Below are positions 21,081 to 29,920 of a stretch of DNA of 64,000 bases, piece by piece. Source of the DNA: Thermoanaerobaculia bacterium. GTDB taxonomy: Bacteria; Acidobacteriota; Thermoanaerobaculia; Multivoradales; UBA5704. The position numbers were made by a program, and so were the translations under genes. The number at the start of each line of letters is the position of its first letter. Position 1 is the stretch's first letter. Where the stretch lies: the NCBI GenBank assembly GCA_044226625.1, contig JBGAGQ010000023.1:1-64000 (forward strand). The letters run 5' to 3'. Below the pieces are notes generated by a model, which saw nothing but the letters and a program-made list of their open reading frames with translations, was not told the origin of the DNA and made no database searches.

Positions 21081-22628
21081 TCACCGGACCGCCGACGCGG
21101 CGGCGAACGCCGCCCCCGCCGGATCGAGCGCGTCGAACGCCCGCGACCAATACGGCGTGGGCACCGGCCCATAATGGCCGATCCCCGGCACCTCGACGTA
21201 CGCCGTGTGGGCGAACCCTTCTCGCTCGAAGGCGTGGAGAACCTCGCGGGTCTGGACCCGATTGAAATCGCGCTCGGCGGTGAGGAAGACGTAGCGATTG
21301 CGGCTCTTGGCGAGGTCGAGGTCGTGCTTCGCCGGCTTGGGATAGAGCGCGGGCCAATTGGTCCCCGGCCGGTCGGGGATCGGCAGCGGTCGAAACCAGT
21401 CGCATCCGACCATCATCAAACCACCTCGAAAGACCTCCGGATAGGCGACCGAAAGGACGCTCGAGACCCGGCCGCCTCCCGAGTAGCCGGCGATGTAGAT
21501 CCGCTCCGGATCGATCGTGTAGAGCTTCGCAGCGGCGTGCGCGGCGTCGAGCGCGAGCGCGAAGCGGTACCAGCGCGGGCGCTCGTTGCCGGCGTCGTTG
21601 GCGCCGACCCAGATCAGCCGGCGGCGCGCCATGTCCGCGAGAAGGTCGGGGCGCGAGGCGCCGCCGATCGGGCTCGGGCTCACCCAGATGATCAAGCCGT
21701 GCGCGACGCTCGGTGAATAGCTTTCCGGCACGACGAAGCTGAAGCTCTCCCGCGCGAGGTCGTAGCGCCCGCGGTTCGGATCGGCGTCCAGCTCCTTGCG
21801 TGCGATTCCGGTACGGCGGGCGAGCTCCGAGAGGTCGGATCGAGGGCTCCTCTCGGCGAGGCGGGCGGTGATGATCCCGGTGCGATGCGGGCTCGCTACC
21901 GTGAGGACGGGCGCGGCTTCGCGGTTCGGGGTCGCTGGAGGGGACGCTGGAGCGGCTTCGGGGCCGGATTCGGATCCGCCGCCCGCGGCGTCCGCCATCA
22001 ATAGCTCCAGCAGGCGGGCCGACTCCGCGTCGTTACGGTCGGCCGCGATCGCTCGTTCGAGGGCGGCGATCGCCTCGGCGCGGTTCCCCTCTTCGAACCA
22101 GGCGCGGGCGATCGCGCGCAGGACGGGAGCTTGGCCGTCCGGCGGCAGCTCCGGCAGGGCGCGCTGCCACAAGGCACGCGCCTCCGCCCGCTTCCCTTCG
22201 GCGAGTCTCCGGTTTCCCTCGTCGATCCAGCCGCGCACGACCGACCGATCGGTCTCGTGCGCCCCGGCCGCGATCGAGGCAAGCGGGCGGAGCTCGAAGT
22301 GAAGCTGCGGCCCGGGCCCGTCCTCCGGCACCTGGGCTTGCCCCTCGGCGCGAAGGTATCCCTCCGCGTCCACCGTCGCAAACCAGGTCCCGGCGCCGAG
22401 GCCGAGCGCGGACCAGCGGCCGCGCGCGTCGCTCTCGGTCGTCGGTCCGGGACCGTCAGGGCGCTCGAAGTGGAGCGCGACGCGGGCCTTCTCGATCGGA
22501 CGGGAGCCGGCGTCGGATACCTGCCCCGAAAGCCGGCCGACTCCGGTCCACGACTGGGCCGGAGTCGCCTGGGGCAGGAGGAGCAGCCCGGCGAGCAACG
22601 ACAGTCGGGCGGCCGAACGGGGCTGCAA
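21081..22628 (-). CDS. Secreted carboxypeptidase-regulatory-like + TPR + alpha/beta-hydrolase protein
   Basis: Signal peptide. 'LSGQVSD...ESDARGRW' beta-sandwich and TPR-like helices. Nucleophile 'IYIAGYSGGG' and 'PGIGH'. Confidence 0.75.
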   Translation of the reverse strand: MQPRSAARLSLLAGLLLLPQATPAQSWTGVGRLSGQVSDAGSRPIEKARVALHFERPDGPGPTTESDARGRWSALGLGAGTWFATVDAEGYLRAEGQAQVPEDGPGPQLHFELRPLASIAAGAHETDRSVVRGWIDEGNRRLAEGKRAEARALWQRALPELPPDGQAPVLRAIARAWFEEGNRAEAIAALERAIAADRNDAESARLLELLMADAAGGGSESGPEAAPASPPATPNREAAPVLTVASPHRTGIITARLAERSPRSDLSELARRTGIARKELDADPNRGRYDLARESFSFVVPESYSPSVAHGLIIWVSPSPIGGASRPDLLADMARRRLIWVGANDAGNERPRWYRFALALDAAHAAAKLYTIDPERIYIAGYSGGGRVSSVLSVAYPEVFRGGLMMVGCDWFRPLPIPDRPGTNWPALYPKPAKHDLDLAKSRNRYVFLTAERDFNRVQTREVLHAFEREGFAHTAYVEVPGIGHYGPVPTPYWSRAFDALDPAGAAFAAASAVR

Positions 22629-22640
22629 CGATCCTTCTCC

Positions 22641-24578
22641 TTAGAAAGCCTGCCGGTCGATCCGAGTGGTGGGGTGGCCCGCGAGCTGGTGGTAGACCTT
22701 GATTTTTCCGGTTTGGGTGTCGGTGACCTTGACCCGATAGGCCGCGTCCGAGAGCCCGCTCAAGGAGACCCAGAACTTGCCGTTGCTCGTGCGTCCGTCG
22801 ACCAGCCCGACGACGAGGCCGAGGCCGCCGTAGCGTTCGTCGAATCGAAACGTCGCCCGCTTGTCGTCGAACAGAGCGCCGCGAGACTTCTGTTTCGTCC
22901 CGTCCGGCAGTGTCCAGTTGACGTCGACGCGGAAGCGACCGCCGAAGAGGTCGATCGGCAAAGCCATCGCCGCGGCCGCGGGGCTTTCGGCGAGCGGCTC
23001 GGTCTCGGCGGTCGCCGCCGTGCGTGCCGCGTTGCTAGCGATTCCGAGCCGGCCGCTCGCGAAGGCCCCGGGCGGTTTCGTGGCCGTGGCGGTCGCGCCG
23101 GTCGCGCGATCGATCAGCCGGATCGTGATGCCCACGCTGGTGGCCGCCGCGTAGGTCAGGTCCAGGTTGGGCTCACCCCCGAACCGCAACCGAACCGCCA
23201 CCTCGGGTGCCCGCGCGCCGAACGCGAAGAGCGCGCCCGTGGCGTCCAGGACGATCGGCCGCGCGTGCTCGATCGAGCCGCCGGCGCCGGTGCGCGAAAT
23301 CTCGACGCCGATCTGGTCCCCGAGAAGGCACGCGGCGTGTTGCGACACGGGGCAGCTCGGACGGAACGTCCGTCCGCTGATGTCCATTTCCTCCGGGTCC
23401 GGGAGGTCGCTTTCTTCGTTCACTCGCTCTGCCTTCGTCCAGGCCGCGACGAGGGTGCCGGTGGAGGAACGAGAGATCGCTGGAGCGTCGAACACCCACA
23501 CCGGTTTCGGCGCCACCTCGAACGGTTCGGTGAGGGCGGCGCCGTTGGGATCGAACCGTCGGGCGACGAGAGGGGCTTCGAGCGGTTGGACGAGCACCAG
23601 GACGTTGCCTCCCGGGTCGAGCCCCAGGTTTACCGCGGTGCTGTCGAGCCGGGGAGCGCCGCCGACGTAGGTGCCCGAAATCTGGCCGCTTTCCACGCCC
23701 TGCGCGGGAAGGTGGGCGAAGACCGAGCCCACCTCGAAGCCGAGTCTGCGCTCCCAGGTGAGCGACCATCCGCCATACGGGCTCCCGCCGATCAGGCGGG
23801 GGTTGAGATTGTCGCCGAAGCCGGGCACGGTGATGAGGAACGGCGGGCCTGCGGGCGAGCCGTCGGCCGGATAGCGACGGCCGAAGATCGGCGTAAAGGC
23901 GTAGGGGAATTCGGCGACGCTGCGAGCCCAAACGACCAGCAGATCGCCGCGATGGTCGAACGCGAGATCGGGCGCCTCGAAGGCATTCGGGAGATCCTCG
24001 AGCGGAATCGGTGCGGAGGCCGGCGTGAGGTCGGCGTTGAATCGCCGGAGCATGATTTCCTGGCGGTACGGCTGCTGCAGCTCTCGGATCCAGGTGATCG
24101 CGAAATTCCCCTCACCGCTGACCGCGAGCCGGTGCCGAAGCTTCTTGCTCGGGTCGGTCTCGCCTGCGTCGACGGACCTCGGCGAACCGAGCTGCCACCC
24201 CCGGGCGTCGAGGCGGACGAGCTCGAGGTCGGAGCTGAAGGCGGACCGCGAACGGGTCCAAGCGATCGCGAAGCCGCCGTCGGGAAGGGCGATGAGAGCG
24301 GGCGACCGGCCCGTCCCGAGGTCGAGCTCCGCTCCGATCGGTCGGACCTCGGCGTCGTAGAGCTGACCGACGAGCCGCGTTTCGAACCCCTCGCAGACGC
24401 GGTTCCATACGAGCAGAAAACTGCCGCCCCGCGAAACGGCGACGTCCGGCGCGATGTCGTCGCAGTCGACCGATCCGGCCGCGAAGGTGCCGATCGAGAA
24501 GTCTTGCGCGGGGAGCGCGGCGGGGGCGAGGCTGGCGGCACCTAACAGGATCGTGGCAAGCCCAAGGATCGAGCGCAT
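22641..24578 (-). CDS. Secreted repeat protein, paralog 5
   Basis: Same architecture but more divergent. GAGGAGG RBS. Ends IDRQAF. Confidence 0.85.
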   Translation of the reverse strand: MRSILGLATILLGAASLAPAALPAQDFSIGTFAAGSVDCDDIAPDVAVSRGGSFLLVWNRVCEGFETRLVGQLYDAEVRPIGAELDLGTGRSPALIALPDGGFAIAWTRSRSAFSSDLELVRLDARGWQLGSPRSVDAGETDPSKKLRHRLAVSGEGNFAITWIRELQQPYRQEIMLRRFNADLTPASAPIPLEDLPNAFEAPDLAFDHRGDLLVVWARSVAEFPYAFTPIFGRRYPADGSPAGPPFLITVPGFGDNLNPRLIGGSPYGGWSLTWERRLGFEVGSVFAHLPAQGVESGQISGTYVGGAPRLDSTAVNLGLDPGGNVLVLVQPLEAPLVARRFDPNGAALTEPFEVAPKPVWVFDAPAISRSSTGTLVAAWTKAERVNEESDLPDPEEMDISGRTFRPSCPVSQHAACLLGDQIGVEISRTGAGGSIEHARPIVLDATGALFAFGARAPEVAVRLRFGGEPNLDLTYAAATSVGITIRLIDRATGATATATKPPGAFASGRLGIASNAARTAATAETEPLAESPAAAAMALPIDLFGGRFRVDVNWTLPDGTKQKSRGALFDDKRATFRFDERYGGLGLVVGLVDGRTSNGKFWVSLSGLSDAAYRVKVTDTQTGKIKVYHQLAGHPTTRIDRQAF

Positions 24579-24671
24579 CGAAACCTCCTCAGAATGGACT
24601 TTTGGAGGAAAGGCGCAATCGCCGTTGGAAGGGGGCCAGCTCCGTCTCGACCGCCATCTCGGCTATGGGTC

Positions 24672-26600
24672 TCAGAACGCCTGCCGGTCGGCGCGGCTTT
24701 GGCGCTGGCCGGCCGCGTTCGAATAGGTCCGCGAAGCGCCCGTGGTCACGTCGGTCACCTCGACGTGGAACGAGGCGTCGCTGAGGCCGCCGACGTAGAC
24801 CCAGATCTTGCCGTTCTTCGACCGTCCGTCCACGACGGAAAGCGCGGCGCCGCCGGCCGCGCCGGGCAGATCGAAGTAGACCTGGCGATCGGCGTAGGCA
24901 AGCACCTGGGCCGCGCGCTCGACGCCGTCGGCCCCGGTGGAGAAGGCGGAGACTCGGAACCGCCCGTCGAACAGGCACCCGGAGGTCGCCGAAGGAGCGC
25001 AGGTCCCCGTCGGCGGTGGGGCCTCCGGGAGGATCGCGTCCGTCACCGCGGCCGCGGGGAGCGGCGCGCTCGTCGGGGCAGGCAATGCGAGATGACCGCT
25101 CCGGAACGGGCCGCGCGGTTTCTGGGCGACGAGCGTCGCCCCCCCCTCGGTCCAGCGGATCTCGACCTCGGCGTTGGTGGTGGCCGCCCAGTCGATCGCA
25201 CCCCCAAGAAGGTCGACGGCGACGTCGAACCGCCCCGGGTTCTCGAGCGCGAAGAGGAGATGCCTGCCGAGCCGGAGGCCGCGACCGGTCCCGGCGAGCG
25301 CGCCGAGCTTCCACCGGACCTCCACTTGGGCTTGAACGGGGGACTGCACGTCGCCGAGGCGAGCGCAGAGCGCGGCGGGGTTCGGACAGGACGCGGCGAG
25401 CGTCGCGCCGCGGAGGTCCCATCCCGCCTGCGCGACCGGAGGCGGCGGATAGTAGTCGACGTCTCCCTCCCAGATCGCGGTGAAGCCGGACGGGGAGGCC
25501 GGCGCCAGGTCGACGCGCCCGAGCGGACGCGGATCGGGACCCGCGGTGCGCAGGAGGTTCGAGGCGGCGGCGCCGCTCGGTTCGAACAGCCGCGTCGTAA
25601 CGCTTCCATCGGCGGCTCGTCCGGCGACCAGAACGAGGGCGTCCGGATCGAGCGCGACGACCGGTTCGGCGAAGTTGCCGATCAGCCCGACGTCGATTCG
25701 CGGACCCGCGAGCCCGCCATCCGGTCCGAGGGCGCGCAGGAAAGTCTTGGTGACGACCGACTGCCCTCCCTCGCTCTCCTCCCACACCATCCACCAGCCG
25801 CCGCCGCGCCGGGGTGCCAACCGGGGATTGGCCGCGAAAAGGCCGCCGCCGCTCACGTCGACGGCACTGCCGACCTGAATTCCCGAGGCATCGAAACGGC
25901 GGGCCGCGACGTTGCCGAGCGCGAGGACGGCGATCGCGCGCCCCTCCTCGTCGAACGAAACGTCGAGATCGTCGAGGAGGCCCGCGTAGCCGAGCTCGAA
26001 CGACGAACCGGCCGGCTGGGCGTTCGCATCGAGCAAGCGGCCAGCGGCCAGGAGCTGGCTGATCGGGATCGGAATCGGCGTGAGGAAGACGTAGCGCCAG
26101 GCGGCGAACAGCCGGCCGTCAGGCGCCACGCTCAGCCGGGGGGCGCTGTAGTCGACCCTCGTGCTCTCGGTCGTCTCATCAAGCCGGACCGCGGCGCCCA
26201 GCGGGAGCCCCGTCGAGGCGAGCCGCCGCGCGTGCACGGTGAACAGCCCCCGTTCCCGGTCTTCGAGCAGGTAGGCGAGGGCGAAGCCGCGATCGGGAAG
26301 GGGTACGACCTGGGGAAGCAACCCTTCGCCGAGGTCGATCGGCGCTCCGAGCTTGCGGCCGAGAGCGTCGAGCCGCTGCGCGCGAAGGAGAGTAGGGAAA
26401 TAGCAGCGCTGCCAGACCGCGAGGAACGAGCCGTCGGGCTGCGCGGCGATCTTCGGCGCGACGTCGTCGCAGGCGTCGTCGCCTAGGGCGAACGAGGTGC
26501 GGCGGGCGACCTCGAGGGCGGAGGCCGGCGGCGCGGTCCAAGAGGTCGCGCAAAGCAGGAGGACGGCGACGAACGGCAGAAGGGCGCGGCGGCTCGGCAT
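24672..26600 (-). CDS. Secreted repeat protein, paralog 6
   Basis: Same architecture. AGGAG RBS before MPSRRALLP. Ends ADRQAF. Confidence 0.8.
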   Translation of the reverse strand: MPSRRALLPFVAVLLLCATSWTAPPASALEVARRTSFALGDDACDDVAPKIAAQPDGSFLAVWQRCYFPTLLRAQRLDALGRKLGAPIDLGEGLLPQVVPLPDRGFALAYLLEDRERGLFTVHARRLASTGLPLGAAVRLDETTESTRVDYSAPRLSVAPDGRLFAAWRYVFLTPIPIPISQLLAAGRLLDANAQPAGSSFELGYAGLLDDLDVSFDEEGRAIAVLALGNVAARRFDASGIQVGSAVDVSGGGLFAANPRLAPRRGGGWWMVWEESEGGQSVVTKTFLRALGPDGGLAGPRIDVGLIGNFAEPVVALDPDALVLVAGRAADGSVTTRLFEPSGAAASNLLRTAGPDPRPLGRVDLAPASPSGFTAIWEGDVDYYPPPPVAQAGWDLRGATLAASCPNPAALCARLGDVQSPVQAQVEVRWKLGALAGTGRGLRLGRHLLFALENPGRFDVAVDLLGGAIDWAATTNAEVEIRWTEGGATLVAQKPRGPFRSGHLALPAPTSAPLPAAAVTDAILPEAPPPTGTCAPSATSGCLFDGRFRVSAFSTGADGVERAAQVLAYADRQVYFDLPGAAGGAALSVVDGRSKNGKIWVYVGGLSDASFHVEVTDVTTGASRTYSNAAGQRQSRADRQAF

Positions 26601-26728
26601 GGGAGCTCTCCTGGGCGACATGTTGTTACAGCATATCAAGGAGCGAGCGTATCGCGCGACAAGGGCCGTCGCTATCGAATTCTTGCGCGGCGAGGGCACC
26701 CGGGGAGGGGGGAGAGCCAAAACGAAAC

Positions 26729-26755
26729 CGGGCGGCCGTTTCGAACGGCCGCCCG
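26729..26755 (-). terminator. Rho-independent terminator of csbD
   Basis: CGGGCGGCCGTT-TCG-AACGGCCGCCCG stem, followed on the minus strand by GTTTCGTTTT. Confidence 0.8.
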
Positions 26756-26784
26756 ACGGAGGGAGAAGGTTACTTCGGAAGCGG

Positions 26785-26991
26785 CTAGGCGGTCTGGTTC
26801 CGCTCTTCCCAGGCGGAGACCTCGCGCTCAGCCTCTTCGCGGGCCTTGCCGTACTTCTGCTGGATCAGACCGACCAACTGGTCGCGTTGCCCCTCGATCT
26901 TGTCCAGCTGGTCGTTGGTCAGCTCGCCCCACTGTTCCTTGACCTTGCCCTTCATCTCGTTCCACTTGCCGGTCGCCCAGGTCTGATTCAT
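26785..26991 (-). CDS. csbD: CsbD/YjbJ family stress protein
   Basis: 'GKWNEMKGKVKEQWGELTNDQLDKIEGQRDQLVGLIQQKYG'. AAGGAG RBS. Confidence 0.93.
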   Translation of the reverse strand: MNQTWATGKWNEMKGKVKEQWGELTNDQLDKIEGQRDQLVGLIQQKYGKAREEAEREVSAWEERNQTA

Positions 26992-27153
26992 GGTCTCGCT
27001 CCTTTGAGAAAAAGCGGTGCCGCAGGCTGGCTGCGGCACCGGGGACGTGGCGACCCGGCATGACTGGGAGTTCATCTCGGAGGACTGCCGGATCGTTGGA
27101 GTGCAGCCGCTCGGCGCACCGTAAGGCTTGCTCCGCGACACTACCTGGATAGG

Positions 27154-27168
27154 GCAAAGCCCATGCCA
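27154..27168 (-). promoter_or_regulatory. Putative sigma-54 (-24/-12) promoter of csbD
   Basis: TGGCATGGGCTTTGC versus consensus TGGCACG-N4-TTGC. Confidence 0.6.
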
Positions 27169-27216
27169 CATGCCATGCGCCACGAGCCCGCCGGCGTGGA
27201 GCCCTCGAACCGCCGC

Positions 27217-27519
27217 CTACCGATGCTTCCGGATCGCCTCGATCAGATCGCTCTTGTTCATGCGCCCTCGCCCGGCGATGTTCCTCTCGCGCGCCCGGTT
27301 GCGCAGCTCGATGACCGTGAGGTCCTCCAGCCGGCCGTTTGGATTGCCCGTTGCGCGGCTGGTCTTGCTCTTTGTCCGGCCCTCGGTCCGCCGCTGTTTA
27401 TTGACGGTTCGGGCCGCGATCTCTTCCGCCCGATCGTTGCTCCGACCGCGATCGAGCTCGCTTTCCTTGACGTGGTCGTATTGCCGCTCGTCCTTACTGT
27501 TCCAAGCTCCTTGAGGCAT
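27217..27519 (-). CDS. Small basic protein with Rho-N-like C-terminal domain ('plasmid stabilization'-annotated family)
   Basis: 'WNSKDERQYDHVKES...AEEIAARTVNKQR' and 'LTVIELRNRARERNIAGRGRMNKSDLIEAI'. GAGGAGG RBS. Confidence 0.8.
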   Translation of the reverse strand: MPQGAWNSKDERQYDHVKESELDRGRSNDRAEEIAARTVNKQRRTEGRTKSKTSRATGNPNGRLEDLTVIELRNRARERNIAGRGRMNKSDLIEAIRKHR

Positions 27520-27568
27520 GGCGTCGTTCCTCCTCGCCCACCGTCGGGCGTTTCGCGAAGAGGAAAAC

Positions 27569-27583
27569 GCAGTGCGCATGCCA
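27569..27583 (-). promoter_or_regulatory. Putative sigma-54 promoter
   Basis: TGGCATGCGCACTGC about 50 bp upstream of the 27519 start. Confidence 0.5.
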
Positions 27584-27671
27584 GGCGAGATCGTCCGCCG
27601 GTGCCGCAACGCACAAGGCGTCCAGCGGAATGAGTTGCTACCCCGCGGAAAAGGTTGCCGAGAAGGAGTTG

Positions 27672-28760
27672 TTACCGAACCCGCTTGCGCCGATTGCGAA
27701 TGTAGTCGGCGAGCAGGAACTCCCCAAGGTTGTACGGGGAGGCGAAGTAGGCGCGGCCGCGGTTGATCTGCGTGAGCTTCTCGACGAAGTCGGTGAGCAT
27801 CGGATCGGTCGCGAGCATGAAGGTCGTGATGACGATTTTCTGGCGCCTGCAGATGTCGGCCTCTTTCAAGGTGAGGTTGACGATCCGCATGTCGAGGCCG
27901 AAGGGATTCTTGTAGACGTGATCCCCTTCGGTGATCGCCGAGGGCTTGCCGTCGGTGATCAGGAAGATCTGCTTGTTCGGCTGCTTCTGGCGCGACAGCA
28001 TCCCTCGGGCAAGCTGGAGCGCCTCGCGGGTGTTCGTGTGGTACGGCCCGGCCTGGAGGTAGGGGAGGTCGGCGAGCTTCATCGGCTCGGCGCGGTCGCC
28101 GAACTGGAGGACGCCGAGGTGATCCTTCGGGTACTTCGTGGTGATCAGCTCGGTGAGGGCGAGCGCCACGGTCTTTGCCGGGGTGATCCGGTCCTCGCCG
28201 TAGAGAATCATTGAGTGGCTAACGTCGATCGCGACGATCGTGGCGCAGGAGGTGAGGTGCTCGGTTTCGAAGACCTCGAGATCCTCTTCGGCGAGATCGA
28301 GCTCGCCTTTCGTCCGCCTCATCGCGTTCTGCAGCGAGCGGGCCGAATCGATCAGGTTCAGGTCGTCGCCGAAGCTCCAAGGCTTCGTCTCGGGCTGGCG
28401 CTCGATTCCCTCGCCGGAGGCCTGGATCGGGTGGTAACCCGCGGTCGAACGGTCGAGCCCGCCGAAAATCTCCTCGAACGCGCTCCGCCGGATCTTTCGC
28501 TCGCCCCCGTAGGTGAGCGACATACCCCCCTCCTGGTCGCGGCCGATCAGGTTCTGCTGCTCCAGGCTCTCGAAGAACTCCTCGAGGTCGAGGTCTTCGG
28601 GAAGATACCCCTGGGACTGGAGCTCCCGCATCCAGTTCATCGCCTCTTCGGGATCGCCCCCGGCGGCCAGCACCAACTGATTCCACAGGCGCAGCAGATC
28701 GAGCCCCGCCATGATCGCGCGGAGCAGTTCGGGGTCGAGCCAGGTGTACTTGTGGCGCAT
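27672..28760 (-). CDS. VWA domain protein (partner of AAA ATPase)
   Basis: MIDAS 'IDVSHSM', 'HTNT' and 'LITDGKPS'. Confidence 0.88.
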   Translation of the reverse strand: MRHKYTWLDPELLRAIMAGLDLLRLWNQLVLAAGGDPEEAMNWMRELQSQGYLPEDLDLEEFFESLEQQNLIGRDQEGGMSLTYGGERKIRRSAFEEIFGGLDRSTAGYHPIQASGEGIERQPETKPWSFGDDLNLIDSARSLQNAMRRTKGELDLAEEDLEVFETEHLTSCATIVAIDVSHSMILYGEDRITPAKTVALALTELITTKYPKDHLGVLQFGDRAEPMKLADLPYLQAGPYHTNTREALQLARGMLSRQKQPNKQIFLITDGKPSAITEGDHVYKNPFGLDMRIVNLTLKEADICRRQKIVITTFMLATDPMLTDFVEKLTQINRGRAYFASPYNLGEFLLADYIRNRRKRVR

Positions 28761-29000
28761 GAAGGGATCTACAAGCTCGAATCGAAGGTCATTGAACGGC
28801 GCGGTCTCCTCGGGGCAACGGACATGGGGAGATCATCGCACGGCGTTGCGGAAGCGGAAAGGGCGACCGACTTTCGGGTCCAGGGAGGATGGGGCGCGCC
28901 GAGGACGAGAGGATCGATCGGAACGAAAAGCCGAGCCATGTGCACATTACTGGTAGAGAGGCGAACGGATCGCCTCCGTTCGGGGTAAGGAGAGGGAGAG

Positions 29001-29177
29001 ATGAGAAAGCGTGCCTTGAAGCTCAACCTGTCGAAGGAAACCCTGCGCAGCCTGGCCGACGAGGAATCGGTCGAGGTCGGCGGCGCCACCCGGCGAACCT
29101 GCGTGTTCACCTGCACCGGCAGCGCGGTCGCCTGCTGCGTGACGGGCGGCGAGCTGTACAGCTGCCCCTGCTCGTAG
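29001..29177 (+). CDS. Putative RiPP (lanthipeptide-like) precursor peptide, 58 aa
   Basis: Manual translation MRKRALKLNLSKETLRSLADEESVEVGG-ATRRTCVFTCTGSAVACCVTGGELYSCPCS*. Purine-rich RBS AAGGAGAGGGAGAG. Absent from the ORF track because it is under 60 aa. Confidence 0.8.
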   Translation: MRKRALKLNLSKETLRSLADEESVEVGGATRRTCVFTCTGSAVACCVTGGELYSCPCS

Positions 29178-29278
29178 ACGAACCTTCGCGGGCGCCGGAC
29201 CTCCCGACGCCCGCGCCCCCAGAGCGATGAAGAGGCTCGTCGTCGCCGACTCCATCTTGGGACTTTTCGGTACAGTCT

Positions 29279-29920
29279 TTAGATCTGGCCGAGCTCGATG
29301 CCGCGGAGCACCGCACGGGTACGGTCGCGGACGCCGAGCTTCGAGAGGATGCTCGAGACCTGGTTCTTCACCGTCCCTTCCGAGGTACCGAGAGCGGAGG
29401 CGATCTCGCGGTTGCTGTATCCGCCGGCCATCAGTCGCAGCACGTCGATTTCCCGGGGCGTCAGCGGATCGGCGCTTTCGAGGCTCTCGAACGTGCGGGC
29501 CGCCCCTTCGATCAGGCTCACGACCCGCTCGGTGACCGCGGGACGGATCAGCGTCTCGCCGCGGGCGATGGCTCGAATTGCCTCGGTCAACCGCTCGAAC
29601 GAGACGTCCTTGAGCAGGAACCCTTTTGCGCCTGAACGCAGCCCCGCGAACAACGCCTCGTCGTCGTCGAAGGTGGTGAGCAGCAGCGTGGGGGGAAGCT
29701 CGTTCGTCCGCCCCAGCTCCCGCAGCACGTCGAGACCCGAGACTCGCGGCATGCGAACGTCGAGCAGCAGGACGTCGGGCCGCTCGCAGCGCGCGGCTTC
29801 GATCGCCTCGCGGCCGTCCGCCGCCTCGGCGACGACGCGCAGATCGGGGGTCAGCTCCAGCAGGCCGCGCAAGCCCGCGCGCATCAAGGTCTGATCGTCC
29901 GCGAGGAGGATGCGGATCAC
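29279..29920 (-). CDS. NarL/LuxR family response regulator
   Basis: 'IRILLADDQ', 'LLDVRMP' and HTH 'LTPREIDVLRLMAGGYSNREIA'. The GTG start overlaps the kinase stop. Confidence 0.92.
   Translation of the reverse strand: MIRILLADDQTLMRAGLRGLLELTPDLRVVAEAADGREAIEAARCERPDVLLLDVRMPRVSGLDVLRELGRTNELPPTLLLTTFDDDEALFAGLRSGAKGFLLKDVSFERLTEAIRAIARGETLIRPAVTERVVSLIEGAARTFESLESADPLTPREIDVLRLMAGGYSNREIASALGTSEGTVKNQVSSILSKLGVRDRTRAVLRGIELGQI

Noticed and set aside
12967-26600. Diversity-generating retroelement or invertase shufflon as the cause of paralog variation
   Set aside because: No reverse transcriptase or recombinase, and no evident adenine-specific TR/VR pair. All copies are full-length and co-oriented.
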